This document shows, in pieces, positions 9,284 through 17,504 of a stretch of 32,000 nucleotides of DNA (the first letter of the stretch is position 1; each line of letters begins with the position of its first letter). Made by a program: the position numbers and the translations under genes. The stretch spans positions 1,320,001-1,352,000 of the forward strand of contig NZ_AP014945.1 in NCBI RefSeq assembly GCF_001548275.1. The letters run 5' to 3'. The stretch is from Caldimicrobium thiodismutans. GTDB lineage: Bacteria > Desulfobacterota > Thermodesulfobacteria > Thermodesulfobacteriales > Thermodesulfobacteriaceae. The notes under the pieces were generated by a model. It was given only the letters and a program-made list of their open reading frames with translations, searched no databases and was not told the DNA's origin.

Positions 9284-9571
9284 ATGGCTATTTATGTAAT
9301 TTTGAGTAAGTTAACGGATGATGGAAGGAAGACTATTAAGGAAAAGCCCCATCGTATTTTTGAAGTTAATAAGGAGCTTGAAGCTATGGGTATAAAGGTA
9401 CTTCAACAATATGCGGTTCTTGGTCCTTATGATTTTGTTAACATTGTTGAGGCTCCTGATAATGAAACGATTATGAAGATGTCTATTGAACTTGGAGCCA
9501 GGGGGACAGTTGAACTCATGAGCCTTCCTGCCCAGAGAGTGGATGACTTTTTAAAGATTATCAGTAAATAG
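9284..9571 (+). CDS. GYD domain-containing protein
   Basis: 95 aa with the family signature LGPYDFVNIVEAPD. AGGAGGGAGG RBS. Confidence 0.75.
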   Translation: MAIYVILSKLTDDGRKTIKEKPHRIFEVNKELEAMGIKVLQQYAVLGPYDFVNIVEAPDNETIMKMSIELGARGTVELMSLPAQRVDDFLKIISK

Positions 9572-9577
9572 AATTAA

Positions 9578-9612
9578 AGAGCAGGCCTCTCCTAACAGAG
9601 AGGTTTTGCTCT
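9578..9612. terminator. Bidirectional terminator hairpin between convergent GYD and helicase genes
   Basis: AGAGCA..CCTCTC-CTAACA-GAGAGG-TTTT-TGCTCT nested stems with a T-run after the inner stem. Confidence 0.5.
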
Positions 9613-9621
9613 ATGTATTTA

Positions 9622-10737
9622 CTAATCTCTACAGATTTCAATATTCCCCTTGGTTTTAAAAAGGATAGCCTTTAAGTGTCGTTCTTCTCGGGGTATCATT
9701 AAAGAGACCGCTGTTCCCTTTCTGCCAGCCCTTCCTGTGCGACCTATACGATGAATGTAAGAGTCTGAATCCTTAGGAAGGCCATAATTTATGACCAGTT
9801 CAACATCCTTAATGTCAAGGCCACGGGAGGCAACATCTGTAGCCACCAGGATGTTAAATCTGCTTTCCCTAAAGCCCTTTAAAACATTCTCTCTTTTTCT
9901 TTGAGAGTAATCTCCATGAAGGGCTGATACTCCAAAGCCAAGTTCTCTTAACTCCGAAGCAAGCTCCTCTGCTTCTTTTTTAGTATGAGTGAAAATAATG
10001 GTCTTAGTATCCTCTGCCACTCTTAAGAGATTGACTAATTTTTCAAATCTTCCCCTTTCACTGGTCTTATAAACCTTCTGGGTAATAGTGTTTAAAGTAG
10101 GTTCTTCGGGTTTGATTCTCACCTTAGTGTAATCAGGCTTTAAAAATCTTTCTGCCATGCTCAAGATTTCTCTGGGTAAAGTGGCTGAAAAAAGAAGGGT
10201 TTGCCTGTTCTCGGGAGTTGCCTGAATGATCTCTTCTATGTCTTCAATAAACCCCATTTCAAGCATCCTGTCTGCCTCATCTAAAACCAGATATTTAATC
10301 CTTTCAAGTTTTAGATGTCCCCTCTGCAGAAGATCCTTAAGTCTTCCTGGTGTTCCTACAAGGATATGGCAAAGGCCTTTTTTCAGGAAAGATACCTGTT
10401 TATCAATAGGTTTACCTCCATAAATACTCAGGACAAAAAGCCTTTTGAATTTCCCAAGAGCCTTTAATTCCTCTGTAACCTGCAGGGCAAGCTCTCTGGT
10501 AGGAACAATAATGAGAGCCTGGGGTTTCCTGATTTCTGCAGATACGCCCTCTGTAATGGGGATTCCGAAGGCTGAAGTCTTCCCAGTGCCAGTCTGGGCC
10601 TGAGCCACAAGGTCCTTTCCCGAGAGAAGTAATGGAATTGCCACTCTTTGAATTTCTGTAGGCTCTGAATACCTTAACAAATTAATCCCCTGCAAAACCT
10701 CTTTTGATACACCAAAATCCTTAAATTGTAACATCAC
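9622..10737 (-). CDS. DEAD-box ATP-dependent RNA helicase
   Basis: Q-motif (PTEIQ), AQTGTGKT, DEAD (VLDEADRM), SAT, HRIGRTGRAG. Confidence 0.95.
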   Translation of the reverse strand: MMLQFKDFGVSKEVLQGINLLRYSEPTEIQRVAIPLLLSGKDLVAQAQTGTGKTSAFGIPITEGVSAEIRKPQALIIVPTRELALQVTEELKALGKFKRLFVLSIYGGKPIDKQVSFLKKGLCHILVGTPGRLKDLLQRGHLKLERIKYLVLDEADRMLEMGFIEDIEEIIQATPENRQTLLFSATLPREILSMAERFLKPDYTKVRIKPEEPTLNTITQKVYKTSERGRFEKLVNLLRVAEDTKTIIFTHTKKEAEELASELRELGFGVSALHGDYSQRKRENVLKGFRESRFNILVATDVASRGLDIKDVELVINYGLPKDSDSYIHRIGRTGRAGRKGTAVSLMIPREERHLKAILFKTKGNIEICRD

Positions 10738-10872
10738 TCTTCCTCCTATTTTTTATTTTGAGGAGGGATTCTCAAGGAAGATAAAAGCTGAAAGAAACTC
10801 TGATCTTTTTGAGGATCACTCCTCTTATTGAGTTTTAATAAAATAATCTCTTTTTAAAATTTTAAAAGGGGG

Positions 10873-11049
10873 TATATGGGTCCATATCTTTTGAGACTCA
10901 AGAAGATTCTTTTTACTATTTCTGTTGTTGGAAAAGGCACCTGTATTTTGTAGGGGCAAACCTTTGTGTTTGCCCTCTTTTGGCTCTCCTCCTTCACCTT
11001 TCACCTTTTACCACTCTTCCTTTTTCTTGTAAAAATCTGAACTTATGCA
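10873..11049 (-). mobile_element. MITE-like copy (177 bp) of the Rpn-associated TIR repeat family
   Basis: The - strand reads TGCATAAGTTCAGATTTTTACAAGAAAAAGGAAGAGTGGTAAAAGG...GAGTCTCAAAAGATATGGACCCATATA. Flanked on both sides by GGGGG (10868-10872 and 11050-11054). Confidence 0.7.
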
Positions 11050-11054
11050 GGGGG

Positions 11055-11798
11055 CTATAAAATAAAACTTTCTTCTCTTTCCTTTACTTCTTTGCGAGGA
11101 AGTTTCGTGATATCCTCTTTAATGGCATAAAAGACCTTAAATTTCTTCTTAAGCTGATTGAGAAGCTCCTCAGATTTTTCCTTGGGTAATTCCTCTAAGC
11201 GAATAAAGACCATTCTTTTGTGTTCGGACTGAAGTTTTTTCTGGTCATCTTCAAGAGGGAAGGCCATTTCCTCTTTCCAAGTAAGAAGGCTATATAAAGA
11301 CACCTTGAAGTCTTTAATAATGGTGAAAAGTTCAAGGAGCTCGTGGGGATGATTGATAATAAGACTTATCTGATAGGGGCTATAATATATTCCTGTTATG
11401 TTAACAAAGAGTTTAAAGATGTCTGTTTGGGTGATAATACCAACCACATAGCCTTCTCTATTAATAACCGGAAGGCCAGAGATTTTATTTTCAAGCATAA
11501 GAACGGCTGCATACTCAACGGTGTCATCAGGATAAACTGTCAGAGGGTCCTTAGTCATGATGTCTTTTAGCTTAAGCTCTGAGAGAAGATAATAGAGTTC
11601 GTGAACTTCAAAGGTAGTGATTTTAGAGGGGGTTACTTCTTTAATATCCCGGTCAGTTATAATTCCTGAAAGTTTGCCATCACGGGTAACAGGGATTCTT
11701 CTGATTTTGTGCTCTTTTAAAACCTGGACTGCTTTCATGATGGAGGTATTTTCATCAAGGGTTATTACATGCTCTGACATCCAGTCTTTAACTAACAT
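11055..11798 (-). CDS. CBS-pair domain protein with C-terminal ACT-like domain (AcuB-like)
   Basis: Two CBS repeats (…IRRIPVTRDGKLSGIITDRDI… and …ISGLPVINREGYVVGIITQTDIF…). Confidence 0.8.
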   Translation of the reverse strand: MLVKDWMSEHVITLDENTSIMKAVQVLKEHKIRRIPVTRDGKLSGIITDRDIKEVTPSKITTFEVHELYYLLSELKLKDIMTKDPLTVYPDDTVEYAAVLMLENKISGLPVINREGYVVGIITQTDIFKLFVNITGIYYSPYQISLIINHPHELLELFTIIKDFKVSLYSLLTWKEEMAFPLEDDQKKLQSEHKRMVFIRLEELPKEKSEELLNQLKKKFKVFYAIKEDITKLPRKEVKEREESFIL

Positions 11799-11824
11799 CT
11801 GAACCTCCTTTGGAAAAGCTTATT

Positions 11825-12733
11825 TTAACTTAATCCGCCGTAACTATGTAAACCGGATAAAAGAAAGTTTACACCAAAGTAAGTGAAAAGGACTGCTATA
11901 AAACCAAGAATACTAAGCCAGGCAATCTTTTTGCCCTGCCAGCCTCTAATTAAACGGGCATGAATAGCCCCGGCATAAATAAACCAGGTAATGAGGGACC
12001 AAGTTTCCTTGGGATCCCAGCTCCAGTAATTTCCCCAGGCCTGATCAGCCCAGATAGCTCCTGTAATAATACCAAGGGTTAGCCAGAAGAAACCAAAAAG
12101 GATGGTCTTATACATAAAATTATCCAGAACTGCCTTTTCAGGTAAGTGTTTCTGAAAGGTGTTGGAGCCACTAAGAAGATAAAAGATACCAACAACAAAG
12201 GCAATTCCAAAGGCAGCATACCCGAGAAAACAGGTAATCACATGAGCAATCAGCCAGTTGCTTTTAAGAGCAGGTATAAGAGGTTTTATAGATGAGTCTG
12301 TAACAAAGCTTGCAAAGGCCATAATAAGAGCAGCTAAGATGAAGACAAGACTTCCAAAGACCTTTTTAGAAAGTTTAAGCTCCCAGAAAAGATAAATACC
12401 AGCTACAGAGAGACCAAAAAAGACTAAGGATTCGTATAAATTAGAAAGAGGCACATAACCAAAACCTGTTTGATGGGTTTGAATCCACCTGAAGACAAAG
12501 GCATAAAGATTGGCCACAAAACCAGCCCAACCTATTATAGAACCCAAAAAGGCCCCCTTTTCCCAGTTAAAAATCCAGTGTATCAGATATATTATGCCAG
12601 CTAAGAGATAGATGAAAGTCACAATGCTAAAGACTAAGGCATTGTCTGGAACAAGAGTCCTTTCATTAAAGGCAAGAAATCCATAAAGCAAAAGGGCAAG
12701 GATTATTCCAAGGCTTGGAATTTTAAGGGACAT
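11825..12733 (-). CDS. ccsA: Cytochrome c assembly protein CcsA/ResC family (heme-handling W-rich motif)
   Basis: Eight-TM-type protein with WADQAWGNYWSWDPKETWSLITW (the WGxxWxWDxxE motif). Confidence 0.85.
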   Translation of the reverse strand: MSLKIPSLGIILALLLYGFLAFNERTLVPDNALVFSIVTFIYLLAGIIYLIHWIFNWEKGAFLGSIIGWAGFVANLYAFVFRWIQTHQTGFGYVPLSNLYESLVFFGLSVAGIYLFWELKLSKKVFGSLVFILAALIMAFASFVTDSSIKPLIPALKSNWLIAHVITCFLGYAAFGIAFVVGIFYLLSGSNTFQKHLPEKAVLDNFMYKTILFGFFWLTLGIITGAIWADQAWGNYWSWDPKETWSLITWFIYAGAIHARLIRGWQGKKIAWLSILGFIAVLFTYFGVNFLLSGLHSYGGLS

Positions 12734-12766
12734 AAAAGACCCCCTTTTTCTAATTTGATCAAATAC

Positions 12767-12795
12767 AATATAAAACTAATTTTTAAAAATAGCAA
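12767..12795 (-). promoter_or_regulatory. Putative promoter of ccsA (TTGCTA-N17-TATATT on - strand)
   Basis: On the - strand: TTGCTA (12795-12790), 17-nt spacer, TATATT (12772-12767), 33 nt before the ATG. Starts 4 nt after the repeat right end. Sequence-only prediction. Confidence 0.35.
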
Positions 12796-12799
12796 CTCC

Positions 12800-12889
12800 T
12801 GTTTGCATCCATATCTTCTGAGACCTAATGAGGATTTTTTCCACCCTCTTTTTTTTCTTATAAAAACTTATAAAATTATGAACCTATGC
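12800..12889 (-). mobile_element. MITE-like minimal copy (~90 bp) of the Rpn-associated TIR repeat family
   Basis: The - strand reads (G)GCATAGGTTCATAATTTTATAAG...GGTCTCAGAAGATATGGATGCAAACA. This is the most diverged copy. It fills most of the rgy-ccsA intergenic space. Confidence 0.55.
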
Positions 12890-12899
12890 CCCCACACTC

Positions 12900-15800
12900 T
12901 TAAAAGGATGAGTTTAATTCTATCAAGGGTTTTAATTTCAGGCAAATTTCTTCCCATTCCTTTTCGCCCCGTTCAACAGCATCCATAAATTCTTCTAACT
13001 CCCGAGTGAAATCTTCAGAAATGTATTCCAGAAATCTTTTAGCTAAATAGGAGTAAACTTTTTTTCCCAGCGGGGTTGGCACAAGGCCTCCATTTTTGAG
13101 CTCGTATATATAGTAGCGTTGTAAAAGAGTAGATACAATTTCCGCGTATGTTGAGGGTCTTCCAAGGCCTCTTTTTTTCATTTCTTGAATTAGGCTTCCC
13201 TGATTGAAAAGAAAGACCTTGGGGACAGATCTAAGTTCTGGGTTCTCCGGGAGGCTTTCATCTTGAGGATTGAAGAGCTGGGGTTTCATCCAAAGAAGGT
13301 CAAATCCGCTTTCAAGAATTTGAAGACCTAAAGCCTCTTCCCAGCTAAAGCTTGGCACAGAAAATCTAAAGATTCCCTTTTGCAGTCGGAGAGGTTTACA
13401 CTGGGAGGCCATAAATCTCCGAAAGATGAGGTCATAGAGCCGAAAAGAGTCCTTAGGTTTTTGAAAAGTAAGTAACCCATGGGCTACTCTTAACTTTAAT
13501 TCTTTCACATCCCAGGGATAAGTTGGCCGAATGGCTTCATGCGCCCCTGTTGTTGACCACTCCCGGGGATAAAAAAAGCCTTCTCCCAGATTTTGCTCTA
13601 TATAAGGTTTAGCTACCTGATAGCGCCCTGTCTCTGAAACTCGCGTTGAGTCAGTGCGATGATAAGTTATAAGCCCGAGTTCAAAGAGTTCTTGAAGAAG
13701 GTTCATACACTGGGGGGATGAAAAGCGAAAATAATAATAAGCCTCTTCAAGGATAGTGTCTGTAGTGTAAGGGGGTGGAGGATTAATAACTTCTTCTATA
13801 CGAGAGATCTCTTCTTTTTTAAGAGAGGGCAGTTCCCTTAAGACCCTTTCTGCAAGCTCCTTATCTTCAAAGTCAAGGGCAAAGGAAAGCCCGCTAAGAG
13901 TAAAGGTCAAACGATACTTATGGGCTTTAGCCTCTTCAGCCCGTTTAATTACCCACCCAAGCACAGGGGTCTGCACCCTTCCAGCAGATAGATTTCTCTT
14001 CTTAAAGGCAGACCAGAGTTCTCGAGAAAGTGAAAAGCCTACCCATCTATCTGCAATTCTTCTGGCAAGTTGAGCCTTCACTCTGGAAAGATTAAAGGAA
14101 CCTGCTTCACTCAGGGCTTTTTTAAAAGCCCGGGGGGTAACTTCGTGAAACTCAATCCTCTTTATTTTTTTCTGAAAGGGTCTTAGATTTATATACAGGT
14201 CATAGGCAATCTTTTCTCCCTCTGAATCTGGATCTGAGGCAATAAAGGTTTCAGTGGCACAATAGGCTAAAGTGCGTAAATGTTTTATAATCTCCCCTTT
14301 ATCATAAAGTTCATCCTCTTCTTCAGTTTCTTCATCCACAATCTCATTTCCTGATTTTTTCCCAAGCTTTATAGTATCAAATAGGGGATAATAGTGTCCC
14401 TTTTGAGGGAGGACTCCAAAGATCCCCTCTTTGCGTGAAAGATTAAAGAGATGCCCTAAGGAGGCACAGACGGAAAGGAGGGTGCCTTCCATGGGAATTT
14501 CATAGACCCAGAGATTTTTAAGTCTCCTTCGGGCAGGTTTTCCAAAGAAACTGGCTATAGTTTTAGCCTTGTGAGGAGATTCTACAATAATGAGATAGTT
14601 CTTAAAATCAAGCTGACTCTCTTGAAGAGAGCTTCGCTCTTTAAGTATCCTTTGATTGATCTCTAAAACCCCATCAAGGGTAACCTTTTGAAAAGCTGGT
14701 TCCTCTCCAAGATAGAAACGAAGTCTCTTTTTAAGGCTTAAGAAGGCCTTGGGGTGATCAACAAGCATTAAGGAAATCCCGGGGAGAAGTCCTCTGGCGG
14801 TAAGTCTTGAGACCCTTCCTGAACCCTGTAAATAGACCTGAGCATTACCTACAACTACATAATACTTACCATCTTCCTTAACATCTAAAAAGACCTCATC
14901 TGACCTTTTAAGCCTTTCCATGAAGTCCTCATTGAGGAGTCGTTCTTGAATAAAATCCTTAATTTCGCTCACCCTTTTAACAAGCCCCTCATATTGGAGC
15001 AGGCTTTCTTCCTTAAGGGTTAAATATCTTTTGAGATAGTTAATGTAAGAGAGGGCTTTGAATCTCTCCTCTTCTTCGAAAAGGGGCAGTAAGTTCAAAA
15101 GTAAGTTGTGGAGAAATTGGGTGGAAAGAGGTAGTTCTAAGGTTTCACCCTTTTTACCCAGAGGAAAAAAATGCTTAGGGACTCCTAAAAAAAGGACATA
15201 ATGGAGGGCAAAGGGCAAATCAAGACCTCTTAAAAGGGGATTGCCAAGATGGGCAAGGCCAACAGCAAGATCAATCTCCTTTTCTTTTAGAAGTTCCAAA
15301 AGATCTGCTTCCTTTTCTTCCAGATAAGAGACAACCTTTAGACCTTTCTCTTTGAGATACTGAGTTGCCTTTTCGACCCCTTCTCTGCCTGCGTTTTCTT
15401 CTACAAAAAGAAGCCCCCCTGAGCCTATTTTTTGGATTATAGTATAGGCCCTTTCTAAAAGGGTCTCAAGGTTAGACTCTTCTGCCTCTAAATAGAGGTC
15501 TTCAACTCTCCTTAAGGTAGAGACAAAACGGGTAACTTCAAAACCAAGAAGGTTTTGGAAAAGAATTGTCCTGCTGGTTCTGGGTTTTAAAGTTGCAGAG
15601 GATACAATTAATCTCTTTAATTTTTTAGAGTGTTTTTCTTTAATTTTCCATAGCTTTGCATAGTCCTCCTCTTCTTTTTCCCTTTTTAGAGCCAGCTCAA
15701 TTTCTCTCTGAGAAAAACCAAGCATGTGAAAGAGGTGATCCACATTTTTCCCACTTTTTAAAAAGGAATCCACATCATCAACAAAAATAAGAGAAAAATC

Positions 15801-16394
15801 TGCCATTTTGAGAAGTTCATAGTTTTTATGGAAAAAGGCCTGGGTGCAAATAAAAATGTCAAAGCTCTTTTCTTCAAGGAGTCTTTTTTCCTGATTTGAA
15901 CCAGTATAGGAAAGGATCCGGCGAGTTTTTATCTCTTCAAAAGAGGTCTTTTCCTGTAAATCCTGAAGTCTTTCATAAAGATGATTAACAAGGACTTTGG
16001 TTGGGACAAGGATTAAGGATTTTTCTCTATGCAAGAGACAGGCTAAAAGTCCAAAGGTGGTTTTACCTGTTCCAGTAGGAGCAACAATGGCAAAGGATTC
16101 ACCAAGGAAAAACCTTTTGGCCCAGCTTAGTTGAAGAGAGGAGGGGGCTATTCCAAAAATCTCCTGAAAGACTCGGTGAAATTGATAAACCTCCTTTTCA
16201 ACTCTTCCAAAGAGTTTTAAATCTCTAAGCTTTTTATTTTTTTCTAAGGCCTGGATTGCTTCTTCAAGGGTAAGATCCCCTTTTAAAAAGGTCTTTTCAG
16301 ATAGACATTTTTCGCAAGGGAGCCCCAGAGAAAGCCTTTCATCAGAGATACGCCCCCCACAATTAGGACACCCATGAGCTATATAAAAAAGCAT
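12900..16394 (-). CDS. rgy: Reverse gyrase (helicase-like domain fused to type IA topoisomerase)
   Basis: N-terminal zinc ribbon CPNCGG...CEKC, Walker A APTGTGKTT, FVDDVD, Toprim IIVESPHKAKTIA and ASDPDSEGEKIAYD, topo IA active-site ITYHRTDS. 1164 aa. Confidence 0.97.
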   Translation of the reverse strand: MLFYIAHGCPNCGGRISDERLSLGLPCEKCLSEKTFLKGDLTLEEAIQALEKNKKLRDLKLFGRVEKEVYQFHRVFQEIFGIAPSSLQLSWAKRFFLGESFAIVAPTGTGKTTFGLLACLLHREKSLILVPTKVLVNHLYERLQDLQEKTSFEEIKTRRILSYTGSNQEKRLLEEKSFDIFICTQAFFHKNYELLKMADFSLIFVDDVDSFLKSGKNVDHLFHMLGFSQREIELALKREKEEEDYAKLWKIKEKHSKKLKRLIVSSATLKPRTSRTILFQNLLGFEVTRFVSTLRRVEDLYLEAEESNLETLLERAYTIIQKIGSGGLLFVEENAGREGVEKATQYLKEKGLKVVSYLEEKEADLLELLKEKEIDLAVGLAHLGNPLLRGLDLPFALHYVLFLGVPKHFFPLGKKGETLELPLSTQFLHNLLLNLLPLFEEEERFKALSYINYLKRYLTLKEESLLQYEGLVKRVSEIKDFIQERLLNEDFMERLKRSDEVFLDVKEDGKYYVVVGNAQVYLQGSGRVSRLTARGLLPGISLMLVDHPKAFLSLKKRLRFYLGEEPAFQKVTLDGVLEINQRILKERSSLQESQLDFKNYLIIVESPHKAKTIASFFGKPARRRLKNLWVYEIPMEGTLLSVCASLGHLFNLSRKEGIFGVLPQKGHYYPLFDTIKLGKKSGNEIVDEETEEEDELYDKGEIIKHLRTLAYCATETFIASDPDSEGEKIAYDLYINLRPFQKKIKRIEFHEVTPRAFKKALSEAGSFNLSRVKAQLARRIADRWVGFSLSRELWSAFKKRNLSAGRVQTPVLGWVIKRAEEAKAHKYRLTFTLSGLSFALDFEDKELAERVLRELPSLKKEEISRIEEVINPPPPYTTDTILEEAYYYFRFSSPQCMNLLQELFELGLITYHRTDSTRVSETGRYQVAKPYIEQNLGEGFFYPREWSTTGAHEAIRPTYPWDVKELKLRVAHGLLTFQKPKDSFRLYDLIFRRFMASQCKPLRLQKGIFRFSVPSFSWEEALGLQILESGFDLLWMKPQLFNPQDESLPENPELRSVPKVFLFNQGSLIQEMKKRGLGRPSTYAEIVSTLLQRYYIYELKNGGLVPTPLGKKVYSYLAKRFLEYISEDFTRELEEFMDAVERGEKEWEEICLKLKPLIELNSSF

Positions 16395-16460
16395 CTCCCC
16401 TCCTATTTTGATGTTGCCCCTTTATCTTAGAGGATTTTTTCTTTTTTCCAAGGGGATTAA

Positions 16461-17504
16461 CTCCTTATTTTTACAGGGAAATCTATAAGTTCATATCCTT
16501 ACAAGAAACCTCCCATTCCCTATGACCTTTTTGCCAAGGCCTTCCTCAAAGACCCTGAAAACTTAAAAGGCTTCCTCTTAACCTTCCTCCCTGATCACAT
16601 TAAAACTCATCTTGACCTTGACTCCCTTAAAATCATCCCTGAAGAACAAGTTTCTCTTTCAAGAAAAAAGCGAGAAATCCCGGACCTTGTTGCTGAGGTT
16701 AATCTTCTTAGTGAAGGGAAACCTTCAACCAAAGCCCATCTCTATATCCTTATTGAGCACAAAAGTGCACCTGATAAAAGGATTTATCTTCAGATTTTAA
16801 ATTACATAACCGCATTAAATGAGAGGTCTCTCAAGGAGGGGAAGGGGTATGTGCCTGTTTTACCTCTTGTGTTTTATGAAGGGGATAAGCCCTGGGTGTA
16901 TCCTGAAAGGATAGAGGAGATATTTTCAGTGCCAGAGGGGTTAAAGGGAGAACTTTTTAAGGTTCATGTGGTAGATTTAAAGAGGGTAGAGGATGAGAAG
17001 ATACTGGAGGTATTTGATATTTTAGCAGGGCTTGGGTGTTATCTTTATTTAATGAAGGTGGAAGCAGGTAATTTTGAAGAGATGATAGATATGGTGGTAA
17101 GAGCGGTAAATAGGTTAATTGCGATAGGGGAGAAGGGGAGGTGGGAGATAGGGTTTTTAATTACGATATCTGAAATAAAGTTTAGGGTTGACGGGGAGGT
17201 AATCTGGTTTAATATATTAGATAGGTGTGGAGAAGAGGGGGTAAAGATGGAGTTAAAGAGCTTTTGGGATAGAGTGGGAGAGAAGTTTTATAAGCAGGGA
17301 ATTGAGCAGGGGAAATATCAGGGGTTAATTGAGGAGGCAAGGGAGCTTGTGCTTGAGGCCATAGAGGTGAAGCTTGGGTATGTGCCTGAGGAAGTGAGGG
17401 AGAGGGTGGTAAGGGAAGAGGATAGAGGAGTTCTTAAAGCGTGGCATAGAGAAATAATTCTTGCCAAGGGTTCCGAAGATATCTTTAAACTCTTTGAAAA
17501 TTGA
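16461..17504 (+). CDS. Rpn family recombination-promoting nuclease / putative transposase (Transposase_31, PD-(D/E)XK N-domain plus DUF4351-like C-terminal helices); start codon unresolved, possibly a pseudogene
   Basis: The frame is open from 16461 (after TAA at 16458-16460). N-terminal PYDLFAKAFLKDPENLKGFL...PDLVAEV...YILIEHKS matches the Rpn motifs (HDxxFK; D...IEHQS). C-terminal FYKQGIEQGKYQGLIEEARELVLEAIEVKLGYVPEEVRERV is typical of the family. The first ATG/GTG/TTG in frame is GTG at 16851. Confidence 0.75.
   Translation, partial: LLIFTGKSISSYPYKKPPIPYDLFAKAFLKDPENLKGFLLTFLPDHIKTHLDLDSLKIIPEEQVSLSRKKREIPDLVAEVNLLSEGKPSTKAHLYILIEHKSAPDKRIYLQILNYITALNERSLKEGKGYVPVLPLVFYEGDKPWVYPERIEEIFSVPEGLKGELFKVHVVDLKRVEDEKILEVFDILAGLGCYLYLMKVEAGNFEEMIDMVVRAVNRLIAIGEKGRWEIGFLITISEIKFRVDGEVIWFNILDRCGEEGVKMELKSFWDRVGEKFYKQGIEQGKYQGLIEEARELVLEAIEVKLGYVPEEVRERVVREEDRGVLKAWHREIILAKGSEDIFKLFEN

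Noticed and set aside
10803-10820. TGATCTTTTTGAGGATC in the helicase leader, resembling the reverse complement of the repeat right end (ATATCTTTTGAGACTC)
   Set aside because: It is a partial match only and has no partner left end. I could not distinguish it from chance in AT-rich DNA.
12755-12988. 77-aa + strand ORF spanning the short repeat copy and the 3' end of rgy
   Set aside because: It overlaps the strongly supported reverse gyrase C-terminus in antisense and also the repeat element. It has no RBS and no family features.
16612-16800. 62-aa ORF in the region upstream of the called rpn ORF
   Set aside because: It is out of frame with, and fully overlapped by, the frame that encodes the recognisable Rpn N-terminal PD-(D/E)XK motifs.
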